The translations under genes were made by a program, and so were the position numbers. Shown piece after piece: positions 1 to 12,398 of a stretch of DNA of 64,000 bases. The stretch spans positions 3,987,480 through 4,051,479 of the forward strand of contig NC_068983.1 of assembly GCF_001194135.2 (NCBI RefSeq), written 5' to 3'. The notes under the pieces were generated by a model. It was given only the letters and a program-made list of their open reading frames with translations, was not told where the DNA came from and did no database searches. How positions within the stretch are numbered: position 1 is the first letter of the stretch; every line of letters begins with the position of its first letter. Source of the stretch: Octopus bimaculoides (Eukaryota).

Positions 1-1143
1 ACCACCACCACCATGAATACCAACCACCTCACCAGCCACCACTCCTCCTTCATAACATCGCCATCATACCACCACCACCACCACCACCGGCCCGGACTAA
101 TAATACCAGCCGTGCCCCTGACCTCCCCACCTCCCGTTCCATATGGTGGGGCTCCGGGTCTTGACTTGATAAACCAAATACTTACTCGTTTCCCCCTCCT
201 CTACCTTCTCCTCTGACGAAGAAGGAGGCAGCTAAACGTTTCCACTTACTTGAATATTGATGTTGTTTATGACGATGATGATGGTGATGACGTCATCGTT
301 GGTGATAATGAATCTTCTATCCTTTACCTGTTTCAGTCATTAGACTGCGGCCATGCTGGGGCACCGCCTTGAAATTTTAGTCGAATGAATCGACCCCGGT
401 ACTTATTTTTTAAGCATGGTACTTATTCTATCGGTTTCTTTTGGCAAATCGCTAAGTTATGGGAACGTAAACACACCAACATCAGTTGTGAAGCGATAGT
501 GGGGGGACAGACACAGACACAAACACATACACACACATATAATTACACGATGGGCTTCTTTAAGTTTCTGTTTACCAAATCCACTCACAAGGCTTTGGGC
601 AACCCGAAGCCATGGTAGAAGACANNNNNNNNNNNNNNNNNNNNNNNNNNNNNNNNNNNNNNNNNNNNNNNNNNNNNNNNNNNNNNNNNNNNNNNNNNNN
701 NNNNNNNNNNNNNNNNNNNNNNNNNNNNNNNNNNNNNNNNNNNNNNNNNNNNNNNNNNNNNNNNNNNNNNNNNNNNNNNNNNNNNNNNNNNNNNNNNNNN
801 NNNNNNNNNNNNNNNNNNNNNNNNNNNNNNNNNNNNNNNNNNNNNNNNNNNNNNNNNNNNNNNNNNNNNNNNNNNNNNNNNNNNNNNNNNNNNNNNNNNN
901 NNNNNNNNNNNNNNNNNNNNNNNNNNNNNNNNNNNNNNNNNNNNNNNNNNNNNNNNNNNNNNNNNNNNNNNNNNNNNNNNNNNNNNNNNNNNNNNNNNNN
1001 NNNNNNNNNNNNNNNNNNNNNNNNNNNNNNNNNNNNNNNNNNNNNNNNNNNNNNNNNNNNNNNNNNNNNNNNNNNNNNNNNNNNNNNNNNNNNNNNNNNN
1101 NNNNNNNNNNNNNNNNNNNNNNNNNNNNNNNNNNNNNNNNNNN

Positions 1144-1527
1144 CTTTACCTGTTTCAGTCATTAGACTGCGGCCATGCTGGGGCACCGCCTTGAAATTTT
1201 AGTCGAATGAATCGACCCCGGTACTTATTTTTTAAGCATGGTACTTATTCTATCGGTTTCTTTTGGCAAATCGCTAAGTTATGGGAACGTAAACACACCA
1301 ACATCAGTTGTGAAGCGATAGTGGGGGGACAGACACAGACACAAACACATACACACACATATAATTACACGATGGGCTTCTTTAAGTTTCTGTCTACCAA
1401 ATCCACTCACAAGGCTTTGGGCAACCCGAAGCCATGGTAGAAGACACTTTCCTAAGGTGCACACAGTGGGACTGAACCCAGAGCCATGTTGTTGGTAAGC
1501 AAGCTATTTACCACGCACCCACGCCTG
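1144..1527 (-). mobile_element. SINE family A (tRNA-like head, internal CA/TA microsatellite, about 380 bp)
   Basis: One of more than 20 copies sharing GGCGTGGCTGTGTGGTAAGAAGCTTGCTTCCCAACCACATGGTTCCGGGTTCAGTCCCACTGCG...GGCGGTGCTCCAGCATGGCCGCAGTC. Other approximate copies: 321-624, 2070-2350, 3040-4150 (split by the MITE), 4720-4940, 10370-10520, 10940-11165, 16680-16890, 20355-20742, 25290-25610, 32850-32995, 35635-35985, 41345-41615, 59890-60025. Confidence 0.85.
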
Positions 1528-1589
1528 AAAAATTTATAGATAAAAAATAATCTGAATATGTATGTATGCATGTATGTATGTGTATGTCA

Positions 1590-1915
1590 TTTGCTCAGTT
1601 TTATTTCAAGATTTCTTGCCAATAGAGAAAGAGCCGGTTTCGAACCTAGATCCAAGGCACCTCTGGAAATTCAACATCATCTGGGTATGTATGTATATGT
1701 GCAGTGTATGTTTTATTTTATGTATATACTCTCATGCATATAGTTGCACATCTAGACATGCTCATATATATTTAAATGATAAAATTCCGGTAAGTTTTAC
1801 AGATTTTTACAGTTCCAGTGATGGATTGGATCTGTAGTCTTTGAATTAGCTTCCTTCTTTCTGGTTTTGAGAAACCTAATCTCTCAGGATTGGTGTTTAA
1901 GCAGTGTGTTGCATA
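1590..1915 (-). mobile_element. 3' end of a REL-type non-LTR retrotransposon with a (TACA)n tail, copy 1
   Basis: Collinear with 16008-16395 and abuts a (TGTA)n run. Confidence 0.6.
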
Positions 1916-2578
1916 TCCCCCCCCCCATTACAGGTATAAACCCGAACGTAGCTGCATGTTAAGAAGTTTCTTCTCCACGTGGTTCTGAATTCAGTCCCAC
2001 TGCATGAAACCTTGGACAAGTATCTTTTACTATAGCCGTGGGTCAACCAATGTGTGTATGTATGCATGTATCTTTTACCGCTTACTTGTTTCAGGCGTTG
2101 AACTGCGGCCATGCTGGGGCATAACCCTGAAGAGTTTAATCAAACAAATCGACGCTAGTGCCAAATATCCTAAGTCTGGAAATGATTCTATCGGAGGTTT
2201 TTTGCCGAACCGCTACGTTTTAGGAACGTAAACAAACCAACATTGGTTGTCAAGCGACGGTGGATGACAAACAAGTAAACAAAGACACACTTACGTATAC
2301 ACGACAGGCTTCTTTCAGTTTCTGTCTACCAAATCCACTCACAAGGTCCGGCTATCTTTCGTACAAATAGTAATATTCTTTGACGATTTCCATATCGGGA
2401 CAAGTATTTTCATTATGGCTGAGAACGTCGGAAGTATTCATTACTGAGGGGGGGGGGGCAAATCAGGTCGAAACACTGGGGTTTGGCGATTCACAGGTGT
2501 TCTGAGAAAAGCCCTGAGTCAAAATATCGTTCTATTTCGGTATACACGTCAAAAATGTTATATACACTAGTATTTTTT

Positions 2579-2701
2579 TTAATGAAGGAAGACTTTGAGT
2601 CCATGAGAAACAGCTCCAGCAAATGCTTTCTGTTCAAATGGAGTCAGACCGAAGGTAATGGCACCACTAATGTGGTGGAGATTTCCAAACATTTTACCCA
2701 T
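2579..2701 (-). pseudogene. UQCRQ: Truncated cytochrome b-c1 complex subunit 8 (UQCRQ/QCR8)-like fragment
   Basis: Manual translation gives MGKMFGNLHHISGAITFGLTPFEQKAFAGAVSHGLKVFLH*. This matches the QCR8 N-terminus as I recall it (human [34 protein letters not shown]). It stops after 40 aa, versus about 80 aa for the real protein, with no consensus donor nearby and a short A-run after the stop. Confidence 0.75.
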
Positions 2702-3248
2702 GGTGCTTCTTCTTTTCTTCTGACCTTCGTCGAGTGCAAGACAGGTGATAACACCTACACCTGTATTTTAATCGAAGACTATTTCAAGTGTGTAAGTTCT
2801 ATTGTTGTGATGATAAGATGATAAAGCAGCTAAGGTTTTGGCACTCTTGACCTTCCCTCCGCCTAGGACAAAGGAAGAGAGAAAGAGAGAAAGAGAGAGA
2901 GAAATAGGGAGGAAAAAGAGAGAGTCTGTTGTTTTTTTATACGTGTTATGACGTATGCATGTGTTGCCGTGAGCTTTGAGGTTTTAGCTTTACCTGGAAG
3001 TTCACTTGGTTCGTTTGTGCTGGATAATATTTTTCATTTTTAACTTATTTCAGTCATTAGACTGTAGCCATGCTGGGGCAACGCCTTGAAGAAATTTAAT
3101 CGAACGAATCGACATCAGTGCTTATTCTTTTAAAGCCTGGTACTTATTGTATCGACCTGTTTTTGCCGAATCGCTACGTTACGGGATTGTAAACACACTA
3201 ACATCGGTTGTCAAGTGGTGGTAGAGAACAAACACAAACACACACACT

Positions 3249-3977
3249 GGATCTTTTTTAAAACGGGGGCCACATTTTTCATTAACAAAACACTTTGAAA
3301 CTTGGAACACTGGTAGAATGTGTCATATAAAACATCTTTTTCTCTTAGTCTTCTTAAAAAAAAGAAATCCATAAATTATTCCATGTTAAAGTTGTCGTAT
3401 TTCTGTAATTTCAACCAATCACTGACGTCCATTCAGCCGATATACATTAAGTGCCGACTACATAAACAAACGATTCTGAAACAATTAACCCTAACCCTAA
3501 CCCTAGGGTTAGAGTTAGGGTTAGGGTTAGGGTTAGGCTTAGGGTTAGGGTTAAAGCAAATTTNNNNNNNNNNNNNNNNNNNNNNNNNNNNNNNNNNNNN
3601 NNNNNNNNNNNNNNNNNNNNNNNNNNNNNNNNNNNNNNNNNNNNNNNNNNNNNNNNNNNNNNNNNNNNNNNNNNNNNNNNNNNNNNNNNNNNNNNNNNNN
3701 NNNNNNNNNNNNNNNNNNNNNNNNNNNNNNNNNNNNNNNNNNNNNNNNNNNNNNNNNNNNNNNNNNNNNNNNNNNNNNNNNNNNGAGTGGACGTCAGTGA
3801 TTGGTTGAAATTATCGAAATAAGACAATTTTTTACATGAAATAAATTCGAATACAAAAATATTTTTCTGTTCTATAACACAAAATAGATAAGTATACGAA
3901 GTTTGAAAGTCTTTCGGTACCAAAAACACTACGTAAAACATTAATGAAAAATGTGGCCCCCGTTTTAAAAAAGATCC
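3249..3977. mobile_element. MITE with 37-bp TIRs and 8-bp TSD (Merlin-like), copy 1, inserted in a SINE
   Basis: GGATCTTTTTTAAAACGGGGGCCACATTTTTCATTAA is perfectly inverted at both ends. TSD CACACACT lies at 3241-3248 and 3978-3985. Internal inverted repeats are at 3394-3430 and 3789-3825, TTAGGG repeats at 3485-3553, and there is an N gap inside. Confidence 0.85.
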
Positions 3978-4685
3978 CACACACTTATATATATACGGCG
4001 GGCTTCTTTCAGTTTCCGTCTACCAAATACTGTCACAAGTCTTTGTTCGGCCTGAGGCTATAGTAGAAGACACTTACCCAAGGTGCCATGCAGTGGGACT
4101 GAACCCGGAACCATGTGGCTGGGAAGCAAGTTCCTTACCACACAGCCACTCCTGGATATGTTTCGGAGTTTGTTCCCAAAATTGAAGACCCAATATTTTC
4201 ACACTAACCGAACTAACAAACCTATCCATTTCCCGCGCTTGTCTAAATTTGGAAGAGAAAAAGTGAGAGAAAAAAAAAACAAGCAAAAACGAAAACAAAA
4301 ACACATTAGGCAATGGTATGCCTTGAAAGGCGGGGGTCACTATATTAAGGTTGGCAAACCCCCTTGTGAGATACGCAAGAATGAATATTCGAAAATGTTT
4401 CACACTTAACTGCTGCTAATCTATGATTTTGTCCTCGACATTTGTCGACTGGTGTTGAAAATAAACGAGATATCCCCATGTGTTGACATCTTCAAACAAC
4501 CCTCGCCTTCTTGCATTTTACACTAAGTGAACTGTGACAGGCAATGATTGAAGAGAGATTCTCTCTCTCTCTCTTCGCTGCTCAGCGAGTTTTTTGATAT
4601 ATGATTAAATATGGCAGCCGTTGACTCTACATTCCCTTAACGAATCATTACAGACTATCAAGTTGTGCCCATAACCTGCAATGCA

Positions 4686-4718
<33 letters not shown>

Positions 4719-5009
4719 CTTTTATCTTTTACTTCTTTCCATTCATTCATTGGATTGCGGTCATGCTGCAGCACTGCTTTCAAGATTTTTTACTCGAACG
4801 GATCGGATCAACCCGAGTGTTTAGTTTTTTCTAAGCCTGGAACTTATTCTATCGGTCTGGTTTTGCCGAACTGCTATGTAACGAAGAGGTAATCAAGTTA
4901 GCACCGGCTGTCAAGCAGTGCTGGCGGACAAACACGCACACACACATGCATATATGTATGTATGTGTGTGTGTGTATATATATATATATCGTCGTCATCA
5001 TCATCATCA

Positions 5010-5915
5010 TCGTTTAATGTCCATTTTCCATGCTGGCATGGGTTGGACGGTTTGACTGAGGACTGACAAGCCAGGAGGCCGCACCAGGCTCCCATCTGAT
5101 CCGGCAAGGTTTCTACAGCTGGATGCCCTTCCTAACGCCAACCACTCCGAGAGTGTAGTGGGTGCTTTGGATCTAGTTCAAAGCGGGGGCACCAGTATTT
5201 TCTTAACGAAACACTTTGAAACTTGGGACACTGGTGGAATGTGTCATATAAAACATCTTTTTCTCTTAGTCTTCTTAAGAAAAATTATTATATTGCAATT
5301 TATTTCATGTTAAAGTTGTCGTATTTCTGTAATTTCAACCAATGACTGACGTCCATTCAATCGAATACATTAAGTACTGACTACGTAAACAAACGATTCT
5401 CAAACGATTCTGGCGGTGNNNNNNNNNNNNNNNNNNNNNNNNNNNNNNNNNNNNNNNNNNNNNNNNNNNNNNNNNNNNNNNNNNNNNNNNNNNNNGGCGG
5501 TGATAAAATTATTATTTCCTTGTCAAAAAATGGCTGAAGCATATTGGCAGTAGGGTTAGGGTTAGGCAGTAGCTAATAAACCTTTCATACAGTTCAGGCA
5601 GATGTTAACGAAATTATAAATGGAGATTAAATACGCTTTACACCGCTTAAACTGCCAAAGGAGTAAGTGTAAACAGCTGAATACTTGTCAGTGATTGGTT
5701 GAAATTATCGAAATAAGACAATTTTTACATGAAATAACTCCGAATACAAAATTTTTTTTCTGTTCTATAACACAAAATAGATAAGTATGCGAAGTTTGAA
5801 AGTCTTTCGGTACCAAAAACACTACATAAAACATAAATGAAAACTGGTGCCCCCGTTTTGAACAAGATCCGGTGCTTTTTACGTGCCACCGGCACGGGAG
5901 CCAGTCAGGCGGTGT
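5010..5915. mobile_element. SINE/LINE-tail family D, split by MITE copy 2
   Basis: GGCAAGGTTTCTACAGCTGGATGCCCTTCCTAACGCCAACCAC...GGTGCTTT[MITE]TTACGTGCCACCGGCAC. Related copies lie at about 24790-24930 and 40340-40430. Confidence 0.6.
5169..5870. mobile_element. Same MITE family, copy 2, inserted in an RTE-tail-like SINE
   Basis: TIRs GGATCT(A/T)GTTCAAA(G/A)CGGGGGCACCAGT match at 26/28. TSD GGTGCTTT lies at 5161-5168 and 5871-5878. The internal sequence is collinear with 3249-3977. Confidence 0.85.
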
Positions 5916-7249
5916 CTTTTCTTTGTTGCGTGTGCATCAGTCATTAACTCTGGAGCTACACTGGGACACTTCCTTGAAGGGTTTAGTCGAACATATCAAA
6001 CGTTATATTTCCAAGTCAGGTACTTATTCTATCGCTCTCTGTTGTTAAATCGCTAAGTTACAGGGACATTCACAAACCAACACCGGTTGTCGACACAGCG
6101 CTATGTTTAATGACCATTTTAACTATCCTATAGTTCACAACCTCTTCCTGCTGTCTACCTTCGTGATTGATTCACTGACTGCAGACCTGCCATTTTACAT
6201 TTCTTAAATGCTGGGATTCCGATTAGAAATTCCATCTGTTGATAAACTGTTGAGTGGTCTGCATATCCCTGCTCGCTTGTGCATTTGGAAAAGCCGATAA
6301 GTTGAGAGTTGAGGAATTTTCTGAATGTCGTCCCAACTACATAGCTGACTGTACCGCTTTAACATCACAATAAATACTCTTAGCGATGGAGGCGAGCTGG
6401 CAGAAGCGTTAGCACGCCAGGCGAAATGCTAAGCGTTCTCAGTTCAAATTCCGTCCTGGTCGACTTTGCCCTTCATGCTTTCGGGGTCGATAAATTAAGT
6501 ACCAGTTACGCACTGGGGTCGATGTAATCGACTTAATCCGTTCGTCTGTTCTTGTTTGTTCCCTCTATGTTTAGCCCCTTGTGGGCAATAACGAAATATG
6601 TATTTCGTCTGCCGCTACGTTCTCAGTTCAAATTCCGCCTTGGTCGACTTTGCCCTTCATGCTTTCGGGCTCGATAAATTAAGTACCAGTTGCGTACTGG
6701 GGTCGACCTAATCGTCTGGCCCCTTCCCCGAAAATTTCGGGCCTTGTGCCAAGAGTAGAAAAGATTAAATACTCTTAAAGAAATAACTGTAGCGGTACTA
6801 GTTAACCCATTCGCATGTTTTATTATGTTTTTACACTACACTTAAGGTTCTGTTCATCTGTGGATACTTCTGGATAGTCTTCGGATTGCGGATTATCAAA
6901 GAACACCGAACTTCACTCTAGCGATGCATTCCATGCTATGATAATGGATTACGGAACGGATTTGCATAATTCTGTCAAGCCAATAATTGTGGCGTGCTTC
7001 ACTTTGATATCCCTAGATCCTTTATGGACTCCTGTTTTTAAATCTACATACATACATACATACATACGTACAAAGCAAAGACTCTTCCACTTTTCCCGAG
7101 CGTCAAATTAATAGCCCTCACTTTGTTTGTGGTTCCCTCACTTGTCTCTGTTTAGGTTTTTGTACAATTTTGAACCACACACACACACACACACACACAC
7201 ACATTTGTGTATGAGTGAAAGTGTGTGAGCATGTGAATGCTTGCGCTTA

Positions 7250-7518
7250 AAATTAATAGTAATTATATATATATATATATATACATACATATATACACAC
7301 ACACACACACACACATACATACATACACATACGCGCGCGCACACATATATCTCGGTTCAATTAAAAGAGACATTGTAAAGTCAGTGTTAATCAAAGCTTA
7401 CTTGAAATAATTGAGCTATACACACATTAATAATATATATATATATGCACATACATATATATATATACACACACATACGTATATATATTTATATATATAT
7501 ACACGCACACACACACTC

Positions 7519-7607
<89 letters not shown>

Positions 7608-7655
7608 CATATATATATATACATATGTATGCATGTGTGTGTGTGTGTGTGTGGT
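7250..7655. repeat. Compound (TA)n/(CA)n microsatellite, representative of many
   Basis: Directly visible. Similar tracts lie at about 9170-9480, 14350-14600, 17700-18070, 20080-20360, 31340-31470, 36195-36390, 37490-38150, 39690-39840 and 55680-55870. Confidence 0.95.
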
Positions 7656-8193
7656 TATGTCTGTGTGGTTTATTGTGTGCGTATGCGAATGTATAAGCTC
7701 GTACATAAGAAATATCGCAACGTTGAATGTCGGACAGAGAAATATGTTCCAGGAATTAGCAATGAAAGTAGATTGCAGGTTAATTTTAGCTGAAGAACTT
7801 AACAGCCAGAAACCCAGTCACTAGCTTTTATAGCGCTGTTATAAGAGACTAAAGATCTATGATAGACCTATTATATATATATATAAAAAAAGACCTCTGA
7901 TAAACTTTTTACATACCTACTAAAATTGGTACGTTTTGGTTATCTCTTCTCCATTAAAAAAATTGGGTTATCTCCCCCTACTAAAAAATTGTTTAACCCT
8001 CAATAAAACAAAACAAAAAATAATAAACATGGAAAGTGGAATGATAGAACTTCTTATTGAATCTGAAAATATTTCTATAACAAACCATACCATTCCTATT
8101 GAGGGGACCAAAAGTCAACACTGTGTTGAAGTACTGAATCAAAAAGATCTAACTTCTTCAATTCAATCTCTTGTTGCCACACAAAATCCATCC

Positions 8194-8246
<53 letters not shown>

Positions 8247-8268
8247 CACACACACATACACACATACA

Positions 8269-9167
8269 TTGGGTCATCCCATAAATAATGCAGTTTTTTA
8301 TATACTTCTTTTATTTTTTAAATTAAGATGAAGTTCTTTTCTAATCTAAAATATACTCTCCTTCATTTTCTACAATGCTCTTCCATCTATTTGGTAGACT
8401 TGCAAGACCCCTCTACCAAAATTCACTTCTCCATGACGAAAAATACTCCTCTAGTACTGTTCTCACCTCGTATACAGAATTCATATTTTTTCCATCCAAA
8501 TGATTTTGAAGACTGCAGAATAAATGATAATCAGATCGAGCAACTGGGTGGGGTAGGGGGCGTCGTTTCTCATTGAAACTGGTCCAGCTTTTGGAGTATC
8601 ATCCTCGTTGTATGTAGCCGAGTATTATCCTGATGGAAGAACACCTTTCGTCTTGAAACCAAAGATGGTCGTTTTTCATCTAGCGCTGACTTGAATGACT
8701 GGTTGAAGGACCAAATCCAAGCTTCTCTGCCAGTTCCTCAACAGTTACGATGGGATTTTGTTCCACCAGGGTTTGCAGGATGTCCTCGTCGTGCTCTACA
8801 GATCTTTTAGGACGATTTTCGTCTTCTAGGCTGTAGTTTCTAGCTCGGAATTTCTTGAACCACCTTTGACACTGGCTTACGCTTATTGTCCGATCCCCAT
8901 ATACTGCATTAATATTCCTCGAACTTTCCGTTGCGTTGTTGCCTTTATTGAACTCATAAAGCAAAATGTACCGAATATGTTCCTTTGTCACTTCCATTAT
9001 AGGTTTGGAAAAATAACTGTTAAAATCGAACTGCACTCTTTAAAACTTGCACTAAGAATAAGGACAAGGTAAAATCACTACCTGCTTTTATATCAAATTT
9101 ATGCAGGTAGTTTATCCCGTTCTCCTCCGACTTTTAATTGAAACATCTGCATTATTTTTGGGATGAC

Positions 9168-9171
<4 letters not shown>
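8269..9171 (-). mobile_element. Internally deleted mariner (Tc1/mariner DD34D type) transposon
   Basis: TIRs TTGGGTCATCCCA(T/A)AAATAATGCA match at 23/24, with TA on the right flank. The N-terminal HTH region from ATG 8997 reads MEVTKEHIRYILLYEFNKGNNATESSRNINAVYGD...WFKKFR. The C-terminus ARSDYHLFCSLQNHLDGK...LPNRWKSIVENEGEYILD* ends at 8341. The catalytic core is deleted and there is an internal stop. Confidence 0.9.
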
Positions 9172-9225
<54 letters not shown>

Positions 9226-9360
9226 ATAAGGGCATTACTATATAGTAATGTCCTTATATAAATTATATATATTTATGAAAAAAACGATGGATTTTTTTTC
9301 CTTATGGGGTTTTTTCACGCTGACTACTTGATAAATTCTTATAAAGATTTTATCCTATAT

Positions 9361-9402
<42 letters not shown>

Positions 9403-9412
9403 NNNNNNNNNN

Positions 9413-9465
<53 letters not shown>

Positions 9466-11251
9466 TATATGCATATATACATACTTACATCTATAATTTT
9501 ATATATATATGCATATGTGGGCACAGGACGTCACGAAACGTGTATAACAACAAAAAAATTACGAAGTACGAGTACATGGAATATGAACTATTTTTTCGAA
9601 CAACGAACGACACATACATACATACATACATACATATACGTATTATACAGTCGTGAATCTATTTTTGCAAATAATTTCGACTTGCAAATTCACTGACGTC
9701 AAAGACAACAGAATACGTTTGGGGGAAAATAATTATTACAATATATTTTTTGTTCTGGGTTATTTTACATGTCGTTACTGATACTTTTTTTTTTCTTTAG
9801 CTCGGAACCAATTCCCCAATAGAGATTGTTGGTAATAGGAGCTCCACCACACTGGAGTTACAACATATATTTAAAAGCGCATGCCACTGACTTTGACCAA
9901 GTGAGAGATGGACTTGCTATACATTAACGGGTATCATAAGTGCAATTTACGTATGACTGAAGAGCGGCAAATTTGAATAGCCTTAACAATTCCGCGAATT
10001 AGATACAAGCTGGAAAGACATACGAGCACCGGATGAAGCACAACAACAGGGGATTCGCTGAGTTTCCACCCGATTTCTCTCCTTCATTACGTATTTTCTC
10101 TGTAATGTTCAAAACATATTTTCTTTCCGTTTCACAACGATCATTTCTTTTCGGGATCCCCTTCTCACGAACGTACAATAGATTGTCAGAATCGTTCTCA
10201 AACCGCTTTACTTATTCTTGTTTCGCCCACAAATCACACGCTATGATCTTGGCACATTATATAATATAGATCTTGATATACTCTGCCTGAACAAAGATGA
10301 GATGGTCATGACTAGAACAACATCTATTATGTTTCCACCGGATCAATAGTGGTGTGGAACTATAATTACACGACAGGCTTCTTTCAGTTTCTGTCTACCA
10401 AATCCACTCACAAGGTCGACCCGGGGATATAATAGAAGACACTTGCCCAAGGTGCCATGCAGTGGGATTGAATTCGGAACCATGTGGTTGGGGAGTAAAA
10501 TTTTTTAACATGTAGTCATGTCAATATATAAGGATATCAGGCGGCAACTGTGTTTCCTACAATAACCTCGAAGCAACAAATTCTCCGTGGATGAATGAAT
10601 TTTGCAGACGGAAACTTTGGAGGCGCATTAGATAGATATAATATAGATAGATAGATAATTATATATNNNNNNNNNNNNNNNNNNNNNNNNNNNNNNNNNN
10701 NNNNNNNNNNNNNNNNNNNNNNNNNNNNNNNNNNNNNNNNNNNNNNNNNNNNNNNNNNNNNNNNNNNNNNNNNNNNNNNNNNNNNNNNNNNNNNNNNNNN
10801 NNNNNNNNNNNNNNNNNNNNNNNNNNNNNNNNNNNNNNNNNNNNNNNNNNNNNNNNNNNNNNNNNNNNNNNNNNNNNNNNNNNNNNNNNNNNNNNNNNNN
10901 NNNNNNNNNNNNNNNNNNNNNNNNNATATATATATGTATGTATGTGTGTATATGTTTGTGTGTCTGTGTTTGTCTCCCTCCCCCGACATCGCTTGACAAC
11001 CGATGTTGGTGTGTTTACGTCCCTGTAACTTAGGGGTTCGGCAAAAGAGGTGGATAGAATAAGTACTAGGCTTACAAAGAATAAGTCATGGGGTCGATTT
11101 ACTCGACTAAAGGCGGTGCCCCAGCATGGCCGCAGTCAAATCACTGAAACAAGTAAAAGAGTAAGAGAATAGTCAACAGTTCTTCCAAATAAAACTGGAT
11201 CTTTTCACTAGCACGTATGCCTTGTGTCCGTCCCAATACAAACCCACTGCA

Positions 11252-11806
11252 TACGAGGTTCGATCATATGAAGTAGGGAGACTATTGTTATGGCATTGGA
11301 GCCAAAGTAGGCACAGTGAAGCTGCTTGACACAAACTGACCGTGAACTCTGTTGCGCATGTTGTAACATTTTTGCTCACTTCCTTGGTTTGTTGCAATGC
11401 TTGGAAGTAAAGTGTGTAGGGTGTAGTTACCTCATTGCATCACAGAGGTTCCATCTGTGACCACGACAGTGAAAATGTGTGTGTGCGTGTGTGTGTGTGT
11501 GTGTGTGAGTACGTGCGTGGAAAGAGACACAACTTGAAGGTTATTACGGCCAGAGTCTTTCCAAAAATCGAATCCCACTTGAAAAGAACACGATCTCAAG
11601 ACGTCGAGGAACTCCAAGAGGTTTCAATGAAGCATCTGCTTGCTGTCCCGCCAGAAAGAGCTCCAAGAATGCTTCCATCAATGGAAAGGACGCCGGAAAG
11701 TGTGTGGTCTCAGGAAAGGAGCGACTTCGAAGGGGATTAAATGCCGAATCGATACACGTTGGAGTTTTCTTTTTCCAGTCTCGATAGTTTTTGATCAGAT
11801 CTCGTA
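11252..11806 (+). mobile_element. Second, non-autonomous mariner relic (different subfamily)
   Basis: The right end is ...CCAGTCTCGATAGTTTTTGATCAGATCTCGTA, with a degenerate left TIR TACGAGGTTCGATCA... at 11252. A frameshifted mariner C-terminus (FPKIESHLKRTRSQDVEELQ / KELQECFHQWKGR / DFEGD*) lies at about 11540-11740. Most of the transposase is absent and a (GT)n run follows the presumptive ATG. Confidence 0.7.
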
Positions 11807-12398
11807 CATACATACACACACACACACATACATACATACAAACAAACAATTGCACTCACGTACACACACACACACGCACACTTGATAACTTTGGAGAGAG
11901 TTGTACAGTTATTCATCTCCATGACATCCACACGTTTGAATATATTTGACGCAGTCGTGTTTAAAGTGTGTATTAATTTCAATGTATTATTCTCTCAAGT
12001 ACAAAATCGAAGCCTCATACACTATGTACAATTGATAATGGACAGAATAGCTTATCACAGTTTCATTAATTGTATCGACCAGAAAGAAAGGTAAATAAAG
12101 CCATTGTCGAACGTTATCTTGCAGCGTTATCTATCGTAAGACTGAATTTGTTAAGTCCCTACATACACATACAGACTCACAAACACACAAGAGTACATCA
12201 TAGGAAGGGAGATAAATCAAAAGTTTAAGAGGACAGACTGCGTGTTTCTCAGCAACGGAAACAAACAATACAAAATTACTTATGCGCATACACACACAAA
12301 GAGACACTGCAGCAAAAGACAAAACCACATAATATGTGTGTGTGCGTGCGTGTGTGTGTATGTATGTATGTGCGTGTATGTATATATATAAATATATA

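Noticed and set aside
321-1445. Near-identical 300-bp direct repeat (321-624 and 1144-1445)
   Set aside because: It sits exactly on both sides of an N gap and differs at about 1 base, so it is most likely an unmerged contig overlap or haplotype artefact.
7411-7824. Long YI/HT/CV/ER/LS-repeat ORFs here and throughout the track
   Set aside because: These are translations of dinucleotide microsatellites with no splice or domain support.
10030-10220. Minus-strand EKIRNEGEK resembling the CYP R-x-E-G motif
   Set aside because: The surrounding residues lack KYG and WxxxR and there are no proper splice sites; treated as chance.
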